A stretch of DNA of 64,000 bases, from contig CM120649.1 of NCBI GenBank assembly GCA_051362555.1, forward strand, positions 12,214,001-12,278,000, written 5' to 3'. The notes under the pieces were generated by a model. That model did no database searches. It was not told where the DNA came from and was given only the letters and a program-made list of their open reading frames with translations. Below are positions 13,301 through 24,400 of this stretch, piece after piece. The position numbers and the translations under genes are program-made. Origin of the DNA: Lingula anatina. Lineage: Eukaryota; Animalia; Brachiopoda. Each line of letters starts with the position of its first letter. Within the stretch, counting starts at the first letter, position 1.

Positions 13301-14034
13301 TTAAAAATTCTGAAAGTAAAAAAAATGATAATAATAATGAAATTTCACTGGTTCGACTATCAAATCACTGTTTTGGGTTCTGAGAGAAAGTGGTTAACTG
13401 TATTTCTAACACTAGCCCCCCTCCCCCAACACACACGGCAGTGTTTATAAATATACTTCTGGATTTTTAAAACATTGTAATAAAACCTTGGAAAAAACTT
13501 GTGCCCATGGAAAGTTGATTATGAATTTCGCTAAGTAAGAAAAATGTCAAAGATATAATTTAAAAAATCTTTATCACTGTTAATGTTATCAGACGATCTA
13601 CCCGACCCCGGCAAACTGCATTAAAATGTCATGAATTATCGGAAGTCCTCGTTCTCTCTCTGAAGTGCTTGCTTCTGTGATAAAATAATCATTCCAATTT
13701 GTAGGGTCTCATAATCATTTTCCAAAATCATAACAGCCGTGCAGAGTAGTGAGCTTTTTTTGTCATTTTTTTCTCACATACAAGGCACACACCCATTTAA
13801 CCTTATGATTAAAGGCATCAACAACAAATTAATTTCTGCCGAGACGTCTTTCGCTACTTACTAACCTGTGAGTATTGTATCCGATAGATCGTACTTCATG
13901 GCGACTTTTGGCCATTCCTTAATCTTTCTTCCGCTTAGGTTGATTTCCCCCGTGTGCTGGGCTTCATCAAAGACGCGTTCTAACGTCCTTGTTAGAGAGG
14001 TTGGGCTCTGGCCTCCATGGCCATAAGCCGCCAT
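434..14034 (-). CDS. LRCH: LRCH-family gene (leucine-rich repeat and calponin homology domain protein), 5' part, 8 coding exons; continues beyond the left edge
   Basis: Exons 13866-14034, 12489-12633, 6396-6525, 5642-5747, 3104-3240, 2665-2807, 2170-2314 and 434-667 join in frame (1209 nt) with GT-AG introns. The protein has LERVFDEAQHTGEINLSGRKIKEWP, tandem LRRs, CTKGRVHIMKYL and DSGYSTTDS..RWS, which are typical LRCH motifs. The CH domain is not in the window. Confidence 0.92.
2170..2314 (-). CDS. LRCH: LRCH exon 7 (SNEFQYPPESPKRHTFAGADSGYSTTDSSDKSRWSGESIDKSRWSPSE)
   Basis: ttacag/gtaag sites, DSG..RWS motif, phase 2 to 0. Confidence 0.87.
2665..2807 (-). CDS. LRCH: LRCH exon 6 (ICTKGRVHIMKYLQIEAIREDRKRGILNETDNLRKEYRKSTSWQPVE)
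   Basis: ttttag/gtaagt sites, C.KG.VHI.KYL LRCH motif, phase 0 to 2. Confidence 0.9.
3104..3240 (-). CDS. LRCH: LRCH exon 5 (IGQLKLRLLDFAGNKISTIPTEFRHIDTLEVLKLENNPLTKPPAH)
   Basis: tttcag/gtaag sites, LRR C-cap NNPL..PP, phase 1 to 0. Confidence 0.93.
4150..4503 (+). mobile_element. tRNA-derived SINE (core resembles the Meta/MESC domain)
   Basis: Pol III A box TGGCCTTGTGG and B box GGTTCAAATCC, then CATACCAG..TTTATAAACGGTACCTGC..GCTTGGCACTCAGCAT, then AATAAA and an (ATT)n tail. The core assignment is from memory. Confidence 0.85.
5642..5747 (-). CDS. LRCH: LRCH exon 4 (DISCNEVTHLPIQIGDLTSLRSLNVRRNLLVELPA)
   Basis: ttttag/gtaag sites, LRR consensus, phase 0 to 1. Confidence 0.93.
6110..6345. 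repeat. Degenerate ~30-bp minisatellite (AAATGTGTTAGCTGTGACAAT)
   Basis: About 7 imperfect copies visible. Confidence 0.65.
6396..6525 (-). CDS. LRCH: LRCH exon 3 (SRNQLTLIPPFICDLQFLEVLIASNNKLVSLPEEIGKLERLMEL)
   Basis: ttccag/gtaag sites, LRR consensus, phase 2 to 0. Confidence 0.93.
6818..6863. repeat. Poly-C plus (CT)n microsatellite
   Basis: Direct reading. Confidence 0.95.
7283..7370. repeat. Compound (CT)n(GT)n microsatellite
   Basis: Direct reading. Confidence 0.95.
8639..8893. mobile_element. PIF/Harbinger-like (Tourist) MITE, family A
   Basis: TIR GGGCTCATTC.CAAT / ATTGGGAATGAGCCT, TTA on both flanks; related copy at 50198. Confidence 0.7.
9370..9570. mobile_element. Harbinger-like MITE, family B (decayed)
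   Basis: Ends GGCCGCATTCA ... TGAATGTACCC with internal inverted segments; related sequence at ~29302-29770. Confidence 0.55.
12195..12500. repeat. ~22-bp minisatellite (CACCTGACATGAAGGTCAA) overlapping the LRCH exon 2 donor
   Basis: About 14 degenerate units; the terminal unit is the real exon/intron junction. Confidence 0.8.
12489..12633 (-). CDS. LRCH: LRCH exon 2 (DISKNRFTEIPCDLCNLLSTTKLQCYHNVIRCLPDMLRQLQGLTYLNV)
   Basis: tttcag acceptor, gtgag donor, LRR consensus, phase 1 to 2. Missed by the ORF track. Confidence 0.92.
13866..14034 (-). CDS. LRCH: LRCH exon 1 (MAAYGHGGQSPTSLTRTLERVFDEAQHTGEINLSGRKIKEWPKVAMKYDLSDTILT)
   Basis: ATG in a CpG-rich region, donor G|gttag. An in-frame upstream ATG lies at 14040. 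Confidence 0.9.
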
Positions 14035-14160
14035 TTTCATTTTGTTTTGAATAGCATCACGCATGCGTGGCGCTGAGGATTGTGGGAAGAAGATACTTCA
14101 GTGCAGAAAACTGATCGTCTGCATCATATACTTTGCTTTTGGGATGTCAGCCGGGGCGCT
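14025..14160 (-). promoter_or_regulatory. Likely LRCH core promoter / 5' UTR
   Basis: Local CpG enrichment. YY1-like GCCGCCATTTT overlaps the ATG, NRF1-like CACGCATGCGTG lies at ~14058, and ZNF143/Staf-like TTCCCACAATCC lies on the minus strand at ~14077-14088. Motif matches only. Confidence 0.5.
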
Positions 14161-14999
14161 AGTCATTACAAATAGTAGATTGCGCTACATACAAGCCCAT
14201 GCTCGAATTTGTAAAGCATTTTGATATGCCTCATTGCCTTGTTTAAAGCAGTGAATGCAACAGGACAACCTTACTCAGTCTAGAGACATTTTTGTTTTTA
14301 CATTTTTATAATCATAAAGAATCCGCATTCACAATGCCAAGTAAATTAACACCAGTCGAAAAGGGAAAATGAGCTCTAGAGAATGAAGAGCACTTTTTAA
14401 CCAACTGGGAAAACGTGTTTTGCATGTCTCGACATCAACATAGTCACGTTTATAATGAAAATTTCAGGTCCGGTAGTAATGTGGGTTGTTGGTGTACTAT
14501 ACTGCTTATTATTGTTCGGGAAAATACCTTAGGCCCTTAAGAAAAAAGAAAATGCCCTGTATCTTCCACGTTTATTGCTGATAATCATAAATAGTGTATA
14601 ATCTATACGCCGGTACGTATGCATTTTTGATTTAACCAGCTCAGTCATGTGTAAAGTAATACCAACAACGAATCTGTCCGTGTGAAGATGGCTGTGGACC
14701 CGTAGTGGATGTGTTAGGTGAGATTGCGCAGTGTTGAGGGGAATGCGTTTGGGTGTGACTGAAGCAAATCGCTCCAATTTTTCACCGCTTTACATAATTA
14801 ATTAATTTTGGCTTCAAAAACAAATGGAAATAAATAATGAGTGAATCAAGTGATAGCTAACAAAATAAACTGCCCAAAATATCATTTCTCTATTATAGGG
14901 AAAGATATCAAAGCAAATTTCATATATCTGTGGATTGCGCTCTTTTAAGTTTGCAAATATTCGAAACTACTCTGGGTTGGGGAAGGGGATTAAGTCTTT

Positions 15000-15650
15000 C
15001 CCCAAATTACAGCCGTGTCTGCCATACGGAAGCCTTCCCATAAACCTTTCGAGCTAGTTGGATCAATCTGAGTCATCTACGGGGATTCTCCCTAAATTGC
15101 ATTCTGTGTAAGCGGCTCAAATGTCTGGCACGCCTACTCAAGCTGCGAGAGAGTAATGAACACCAGTCAATTAAGCCAATTATACATGTGCCAGATAATT
15201 AAGGTGTTTACACTGAAAGCACTTTAGTCAGATGTCCCACAGAGCTAGTTGATCCAGCTAGTACGATAGGTTTATGGGAACTTATTCTGAGTGCAGGAGG
15301 CAGAGAGTCGTGGGGCACTATCCATAAAGTATTGAAACATTATACCATAGGTTTAAACTCATGTCAAACCAATGGTGAACATCTATGGGACCATTCCCAT
15401 ACCCTAACTAGCATGATCAATCTATCTCCATGGGTTTTTCACTACATTCCATTTAGTTTAAGTGTGCACAAAAGTTCATATTCCCCCTGGCAGCTTCAGT
15501 GGACGTGACAGACATTTAAGCCGCTTAAATTGAATGCAATTTAGCGAGAATCCCCTCAGAATAGGATCCATCCTGCTAGTAAGATAGGTTTATGGGATTG
15601 CAGTCTATGCAGATAACATGAACCCCACCTTCCCCAAGGCCGTAATTTTT
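15000..15650. mobile_element. Decayed foldback/MITE-like element
   Basis: 15032-15103 is an imperfect reverse complement of 15531-15600; internal repeats of CTAGT..GATAGGTTTATGGGA. Confidence 0.55.
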
Positions 15651-15918
15651 TCTGAATGGTACCCCCCTCCAAACACGCACTTATAGTTTGCTCTGAAAAA
15701 ATGAGGCTGCAACATTAATTGTTTGACAAAAAAAAAAAAAGAAATTTTCCTTCAGTCAGAAATTTTTTATTGCACTGAAATAATGTTTTATTAATAAAAT
15801 TAATGTTACATAAAGGAAAGAACTCCGATACAAGTGGACTTTAGAATTGATGATACAGTTGGTTGACATTTTGATAGTATGTTGATTTGATATTTGGCTT
15901 CAACTTTCTTAGTTACTT

Positions 15919-16468
15919 CAGGCCTACCCAACTACCAGACTCGGCACCTAAGGATCCTGAATTAACCGGTATATCGGACCACACTACCCGTTTTCAAGGT
16001 GTGTGTCAGATCGCATTTCGGAGTATCAGCCAGAACACCGACAGGATGAGCCCTGGCATGCTCGGCTGTCACCTTGATTGGATAGTAAACGATTGTCGTA
16101 AAATCGCTATATGATTTTAAAACCGGGTGCATAAATTTGAAAGCCACCTAGATGAACCTTAGACTGCCACATTATCTGATACAATGCAAAAAAGCCCTAT
16201 CAAAAGTGGTTAAAACATTCAAACCGAATGTCGTAAAGTCCCCAAATATCCCCATAGAGACAATAAAATAGAGTACTCTAAAGTAAGAGTACAGTTTAAG
16301 GTTGTTCAGCCGAGCGTGGATGAGCCCGCAGTCGTGCTACAAAATTTGTTCTGGGGTTTGATACTCCGAAATGCGATCTGACACACACCTTGAAAACGGG
16401 TAGCGTGGTCCGACATGCCGGTTAATTCAGGATCCTTAGGTGCCGAGTCTGGTAGTTGGTTAGGCCTG
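15919..16468. mobile_element. MITE with ~110-bp TIRs and 5-bp TSD (hAT5-like)
   Basis: 15919-16027 versus 16360-16468 is a near-perfect inverted repeat with CAG termini; TACTT on both flanks. Confidence 0.9.
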
Positions 16469-18217
16469 TACTTGGAGGGTTTCTTTTGGTAAATACTCAA
16501 TCTTTTTAATGGGGAACATACTCGGTCTTTTAAAAACTTAATTTTAGAATCATCAAAACACATTCTGTGTAGGATTTGTAGTGATTATACTGATATAATT
16601 TTATTAATTTATACATGAAAAAATTGTATTTGAAAAATTCACAATTTTCCCCAACTGAAAAAGATACGAGTCATTAACATAATTTACACTATACTCTGAA
16701 ACCCAATGTAGGCCCCAAGAACACGGTCTCAAAAGGACCAAGAAAGTTCCTGTCACTGTATATTTTGACACATTATTTTAAAGGGTCTTAGCATGTAACA
16801 TCAATTTGACATGATCTCAAATCTAAACTGATGTTAAGTAAGAATCATACTTTACAAAATGTAGATTGAAAACTGTTCATTCATTATTTACTGAGGTTTA
16901 TTACTAACCATAAAGTTAAAAGGTTTTTTTTTTCTTAATGTGAAATTTTTTTTTTTTCTTACTATTTTATAATCTTTTTATTACTACATCTGGTTGATGT
17001 CCCTTACATTTATATGCAGACAAAATGAGAACAAATGTCTCATAAAAAGATATATATATACATACATACATAAACAATATCTCCATGTGAGGACACATCT
17101 ACACATACATAAAAATGTCTTCAAATATACATTTATCCTTCAAACCTTTTTATTCTTACTTTATTATTTCATTCATATTCATTTGTTTCAAGCATGAAAC
17201 CTGGGTAATTTTTATGCTCAAAAATACACAAGAATGGAGAAAAGTACTTTACAGGCTTAATGGAAAGAAATCATTGGGAGACAACCCAAAGTCTCGTGTT
17301 TAATGTAAAATGATAAGAGATTTCACAGGACTCTGGGATCGAAAGTAAGAAAGTAATAGCATACTAGAGTGTGGTGTTAAAAAAAAAAAAAAAAGGGTTC
17401 CAGAATTCATGTACGTTTTTTTTTCTGAATTCTTGCACAACAGTACATATTTACCATGTTTTTGTGTGTACCCATAAGGTTATCACTACCCCATGCAGAT
17501 TTTCACAAGTTTTCTAGTATCTTATTGGAAGTATCAGAGACCTAGTTTTAGGCTGTCTCAGACAATTTCCACTGCTTGCAATTGGCTATGATAAATACCA
17601 GTTCAAAACATTTGGAGATGCTTTGCCACTGCAAAGAAATAACTGTAACAGTCTATCAGCCATTTGTTAATAAACTCTACGTGAATACCTATACGATAAT
17701 AGTAATTAAAAAAAATAATAAAGCTGTGGTTCAGTCGTCAATCAGGACTCTTGTTCACAGCTTGCACTATACTAGTTACATAAAATCAGTACATCTGCAA
17801 CACGTAAATTAACACAAATGTCAACTAAAATTGTATTCTCTCCTCGTATTATAAACATTAAAATAAAAGCAAATAATAAAAGATGAACATCAAGCAGAGG
17901 ACATGACTTGTTGTCATTCACTTAATCTGACACTGTGGAGTTACAATGACATGTACCGTGTTGTACACTGTGAAATGAAATGAAATTCTATGTGATAAAA
18001 AAATAGATCGTTTACCAAGTGATGCAGTTTGTAATGGAAATGCATTTTGTTAACTTTTTCATTAATGTCACTGCTTCTGAAAAAAACACATCCAACAATT
18101 GAAAGCAAAACTCAAGACTGGAGTATAAAAATCTGGAATTTATGTGAGTCCAAATTTGTTTTTTTTTTTAACTCAACCATACTTAACACAGAAAATAATA
18201 CATAATCTATTTATTAA

Positions 18218-20046
18218 ACTAGAGGATCAGAGAGGCGATACCGCCTCTGGATATTGTACCACCAGCTGGAGTAAGCTCATTCGTATGGAAAACCAAAAAA
18301 AAAAAAAAAAAAAGGGACACCACTACCAGTCTTGTGCTTGACAAGCTCCATAAAATGCAAAAAACAAGAATTCTCAAAATATCAAAAGAAAAAAATAATA
18401 ATAATAAAAATAAAATAAAAATAAATAAATAAATAAATAATAACTGTAAAAATGGTCCTATCAATTTTCGAATTGACCTGTATTTTCCTCAAATTGATCA
18501 CACTTGTGATTTTCTAGACAAAAGGCCTATTGGTTTTCCTCGAAATGTATTATCAGTGTTGCATATTTGCTGATAAAAAAGAAAACCAAGGGGCAACACT
18601 GGGCATATCTCTGCTAGTTTTGAAGATATGAGGGGCAAGAAAATATGCAGTTCACAGTGAAAAAGAAGGTCAAAGGTCAATTTCAAGGTCACAGTATAAG
18701 ACTTCCTATTCAAATTCAATAGTACCTATTGGCATTTCTTTGCCAATTTTGGAGATATAAATGCCAGAAAACATGCAAAGTACAGTTCATCATAAAAAGT
18801 AAGTCAAAGGTCAATTTCAAGGCCACAGATTGCCAGTATATGCTTTCCTATTTAAGTTCAATAGCAACTATGAGCCTACTTCTGTCAGTTTTCTGAGATA
18901 TAAGGGTGACAAAATTAGCAAGGTTCAATTCATGGTGAAAAGTAGGTCAAAGGTCTATTTCAAGGTCACAGTAAGATTGCCAGTATATGACTTCCTACTC
19001 AACAGTAACTATGGGCGTATCTCTGATAGTTTAAGAGATATAAGGTCTGGAAAATTTGCAAAGTTTAGTTCATGGTGAAAATTAGGTCAAAGGTCAATTT
19101 TAGGATCACAGTAAATTGCCAGTATATGACTTCCTATTCAAGTTCAATGGTACCTATGGGCGAATCTTTGCCAGTTTTGGAGATATAAAGGTCAATTTCA
19201 AGGTCACAGTCAGATTACCAGTATACAACTTTTTTCAAGTTCAATAGTAACTATGGGTGTATCTCAGCTAATTTTGGAGTATTTCACATTTTATTTTCAC
19301 CACTGAATATCGGATATTGAACTTTTAAACATAATGCAACGCCTAAGCCGAATCGAAAAAGGAAAAATGGACACCACCTTCTATGTTGCACTTGATAAGC
19401 TCTACAAAATAAAAAAAAAACAAGAGGTCTCTAGCATTAATGGTTCCAGAATTAGAGAGAGTTTTCAGTTTCGGCATCTGCTACTCCCATAAAAATGCAC
19501 CGATTGACCCCAAACTCAAAAAGATGAAAGATGACCCAAAGGGTAACAACTACCCATAATATCATAGGTTAGATCTGTGTAGTTTCTGAAAATCAGCAGA
19601 AATAAAAAATTATTCGCAAAAAATTAAGATTTTTAGAAAATTTTGGCCCGTTTGACCTTGAAATAAAGGTCAAAAGTCAAATCCAAGGGCACATTTGGAA
19701 TCTTCACATGTGACTTTTGGTCAGGCTTCTGTAGTAATTTTTCCCATAATTCCTTCGATTTGGGAGATATTTGGCATTGAATTTTCAAAAATTTTGATAA
19801 GGGTGTGTTTCAACGAGCGTCATACCCAGGCCAATGCACTGACTGAGACAAAAAGAACAGAGGGTTCAAGTGGAGATTATATGTGACCTAAATCCAAGAG
19901 ATGGGGACATGGGTCCTTGCAGTCTAGGAGGAGAAGCGGTAACGGTGACTTGTATCTGGCGGCGGTACGCGGAGCCGCAGGAGCCGTACGAGACGGGTCG
20001 CGACTAAAACCATGAGTACCACCAGCGTACACGCTGGTGGTACTAA
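18218..20046 (-). mobile_element. Helentron-associated non-autonomous element (HINE), copy 1, diverged subfamily
   Basis: Terminal CTAG, hairpin GAGGCGATACCGCCTC and subTIR TTGTACCACCAGC at the left; 146-bp-type repeats; GGAGCC microsatellite and palindromic subTIR at the right. Confidence 0.85.
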
Positions 20047-21276
20047 TTACCTATTACTCCCTGAGGAACAATTTGCTAAAAATCTTCAACTCCCCCCCCC
20101 CCTTTATCTGCCAATCATTCATGGCATGTATTTGTTGTACACATTGAATCAACAATCACCCCATTGAGATGTGGAGAAAAAGAAGTGTTCAAAATTGGTC
20201 ATAAACATTCTTTAAAAATTAACAGCCAAAAGGCTATCATGCCTTGTATATAGAAAAACGTTTTAGTTGTCTCTGTAGCAACAAATTACTTTTCATTAAC
20301 TTTCTGCTACTTCCGATCCCCAAATATAAAACAGCTGAATATAAACTGCCCATTTACAATAAGAAATGCTAGCTTTGTCATTTTTTTCCCATATAAGGGC
20401 AGAAAATCAATTTTTACCAATATAAAATTCATCTTATGATAGTGCTGTAATTTTTTCATAAATAAATGCTGTCAACATGCTTAGAAGTGAACCTGCATGC
20501 TCTTATCTGGATTAATGACAATTATCAGATGCCCACGCAGTTGAGGAAACATTAATGGGACGACTTACCCTGTGATATTTCACATCTGATATTACTTCAA
20601 TGCACCAACCTTAAGGACCTATGAGAAGGTCAATACCTCTGACAAAGTAATAAAAAATTAGACTTTTGTTATCCTTTGTGCGAAAATGACAGCAAAAATA
20701 AGTTATTCTGTACTTATACACGGTCTACCCAAGTGCTGTAGAGATTATGATGTCAGCATACAAAGGGAGTTGTCTTTTAGTAATAACAGTTTTAATATAT
20801 AACACTGTTGTATGCAACTGTAGTATGCAAGTGCTTAAATAGATAACCTATAATCATGATTTTTGGTTCAAATATTGTTCTTTTACTAAAAGTTCCCCAA
20901 AATGTTATGTCTTAAAACAACATTCATAAATAATCACACTGCTATATATAGCAGTGTATTACATTACAATGTCATGATTTACAATATCCTAAATGTTATG
21001 TTTTCACAGAGAACAATTCACGTCTTCCTCACAAAAATATAAAACAATGTCATATGCAAATCTGTTAATAATAGAAGGTAACTAACTACAAGGGAACTTT
21101 ACCAACCAATACCATGATTTTTAAAGACAAAGTCATTAACATTCCTGAATCAGGCCGATTAATCTCTATAAGTGAACTCGAGAGTGAGAGAGAACAAATT
21201 TTGTGCTATATTGTTGTGCAAATGGAATGCCCAGGGCACTCCATTATCAAGTCAATTCAACCCCACAATATCCGCC

Positions 21277-21442
21277 TCAATCCACTTGGCCCACCCGCAT
21301 GTTCAAACTGGAGTCACTAGACGTGCTGTTTTGTTCCATCTTTCGGGATATACCTCCCATTCCAATCTTACTCCTCTCCAGATTGCATTGCTGTACAAAA
21401 GCCATCCAAAGGGCACTGCTGATGTTGCTGTTGCTTTGAGAT
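21277..21442 (-). CDS. tim: tim terminal coding exon (SQSNSNISSALWMAFVQQCNLERSKIGMGG...GQVD*)
   Basis: ttttaag acceptor, in frame, TGA stop. Confidence 0.78.
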
Positions 21443-24400
21443 CTTAAAAAAATAATAATAAAAATAATAATCTGACCTCGAGTTTCAGGAAGACACAGAT
21501 CGCTAAAAGACAATTTGATATTGATTCTTTACGCACATTTAGAAAGAAGAAACAAAAAATGACATTTAAATTTTTTTTCAGAATCTTGGGTAAAATATTC
21601 TGAATACAAACAATTTTCTATAAAACAATCACAATACAGATTTTATTACCAGTGAATTTTTCAGCATTTTTGATGAAACAGTCTCGATACAAATCATTTT
21701 CTATGAAGCAATCGACAAATGAATTTTTCAGCATTTTTGGTGAAACATTCTCGATACAAGTCATTTTCTATGAAGCAATCGAAAAAATATATATATATCA
21801 ACAAAGACTTGTTTCTGAACCCACCTTTTCGTGGAGCCATCTGTTAATTTGTAGCCCTGGAGACTGGTTGACATGCTGGGTTCGCTCTCCACCGAAGATA
21901 ATTGATCTGATTTTCCAGACTGGATGTCATCCGGATGGAATTTCAGGATACCTGAAGTTAGAGGATGTTAAATTGATTCATGACATCTGCACTTAAAGAA
22001 ATCTCTATATTTCAGGATACCTGAAGCTAAAAGTGATTAAATGAACTTATGACATCTGCACTAAATGAAAGGATGAGTGCGAATAACCATTGGCAAAGTG
22101 CCCATCGTCAAAATTTTTAAAAAAATTGCTATTATAAAGTTTATACATATATTGGTTGTGTGATAAAATATTATTTGGTTTGAGGCATCGTAACTTAGTA
22201 TTTTTAATGAGTTGTATGTGTGTGGGGGGGGGGGGGGGGGGAGCTGGATTTACCTGTTGTATGCAGTCTAATGAATCAGAGCAACTTGTTTCAGCATATA
22301 TATTACATAAATTATTTTTTTGTCAAATGAAACTTGTCTTGTGATGTAAAAGAGTTAAATGTTAAATAATTGTGGTGCGACACAAGAAAATGGGAAAGTA
22401 ATTATGTTTTTTTTAATCCTAGAGAAGAGAGGGAGGGGTGGCATATTACTTTATTTACTCACAGAAGCCATCACTGATTTCACTTAACTGTATAAAAGTC
22501 TTGTAACTAGAAAAACTTGTTTCAGTGTATTTATTAATTTTATATAACTTTTCTAATAAAATTATTCATAGCATTTTGGTGAAAATAAAAGAAAAAACTC
22601 TGCAAAGCTATTATGAATAGTGCTGGTGTGGAAGATTAGGTCATAAGTAACAAACCTAGGGTGTGTGGGATGGAGCATTTTATTTTACTTTTTTGCAAAA
22701 TAGACATAAAAGGGGACATTTACACAACAATTTTGGTTGTACAAAATGTACTTTCATGCCCATTAGAGGGGGTTGAGTCAAGCCACCCTTATGTGTAGAG
22801 TTCTATTACAGCATGGGTCTCTATATAAAGTAGGAGCCACCACAATGTACATCTGCTATTTAGATAATTAATATAACTTTGAATATCATTTTACATTTAA
22901 TCTTTCTTAATCCTAAGAAATAAGAATCAAAGTATGATATACTTACTGTATTTGGACTCTATTTCCTATCCATATCCGCCCCCCCCCCCTTTTTTTTGGA
23001 TAGCATGCATTATATGAAAATGACTTTTCTTTTTTTTGGGTTGTAATTGAAAATATTTTACTGACCCCTATGACTCTAACCCCTATTTTTCTTTCAAAGA
23101 CCTACATTTTATTTTGGGTTGTTCTTTTTGTACAAAAGTTTCACTGTATCTGCCTAGCCATCCTATCTAAGCATGTAGCAACTACCTCATGGCAGGAATA
23201 AACATGGCCGCCTGCTAGCATATGGACTGAAAATGTCCCTATTTAGTTTGAGTACATATCGAGCCCAACCCTCAGACAAGCTGATTTTCACATATATCTC
23301 ACCTTATATTCATATCTTTTCAACCGTGAATAATTAGCTTGTCTGAGGCAGGGGCTCATATAAAAAATGAACATCTTTTATCCTCAAGTCACTGTAAGAT
23401 TCTTCTTTCAATCAGCACTACATTTAAGAATAAAGCAATCAATATATTGATCACAAGCAGTGATTGGCCACTTATTGCCTTTCTTTTTTACACAGGCACC
23501 TTCTGTACCCAATTACAAAATTTCACAGTTGTCACCTTACTATAACTAAAGATATGTAGCGTTACAATTCAGACCCCCCCCCCCTAAAACACACATTTTC
23601 ATGAATATTTGACAAGGTCATTTTACCATTAATTTTTTATATTTCAAATTCAATAAAAATATTATTTTATGTGGATCATAAAAGTGTAAGCCCCCAACTT
23701 TAATTAGGCATCAATTTTTTTTCATTCATTCACAATTTATTTTTCATGTACAAAAGTGGGCACTTTTACCCCCTTATTCGCACTCATCCTTTCTATATTT
23801 CAGGATACCTGAAGTTAAAGGAGATAAATGAACTTATGACATCTGCACTAAATGAAAATTCTATATTTCAGGATACCTGAAGTTAAAGGAGATTAAATGA
23901 ATTCATGACATCTGCACTAAATGAAATTTTTATATTTCAGGATACCTTAAGTTAAAGGTGTTTAAATGAACTTATGACATCTGCACTAAATGAAATTTCT
24001 ATATTTTAGGATACCTGAAGTTAAAGGAGATTTAATGAATTCATGACATCTGCACTAAATGAAATTTCTATATTTCAGGAAACCTGAAGTTAAAAGTGTT
24101 TAAATGAACTTATGACATCTGCACTAAATGAAATTTCTATATTTCAGGATACCTGAAGTTAAAGGAGATTAAATGAATTTATGACATCTGCACTAAATGA
24201 AATTTTTATATTTCAGGAAACCTGAAGTTAAAGGAGATTAAATGAACTTATGACATCTGCACTAAATGAAATTTCTACATTTCAGGAAATCTGAAGTTAA
24301 AAGTGTTTAAATGAACTTATGACATCTGCACTAAATGAAATTTCTATATTTCAGGATACCTGAAGTCAAAGGTGATAAGATGAATTACAACTGCACTAAA

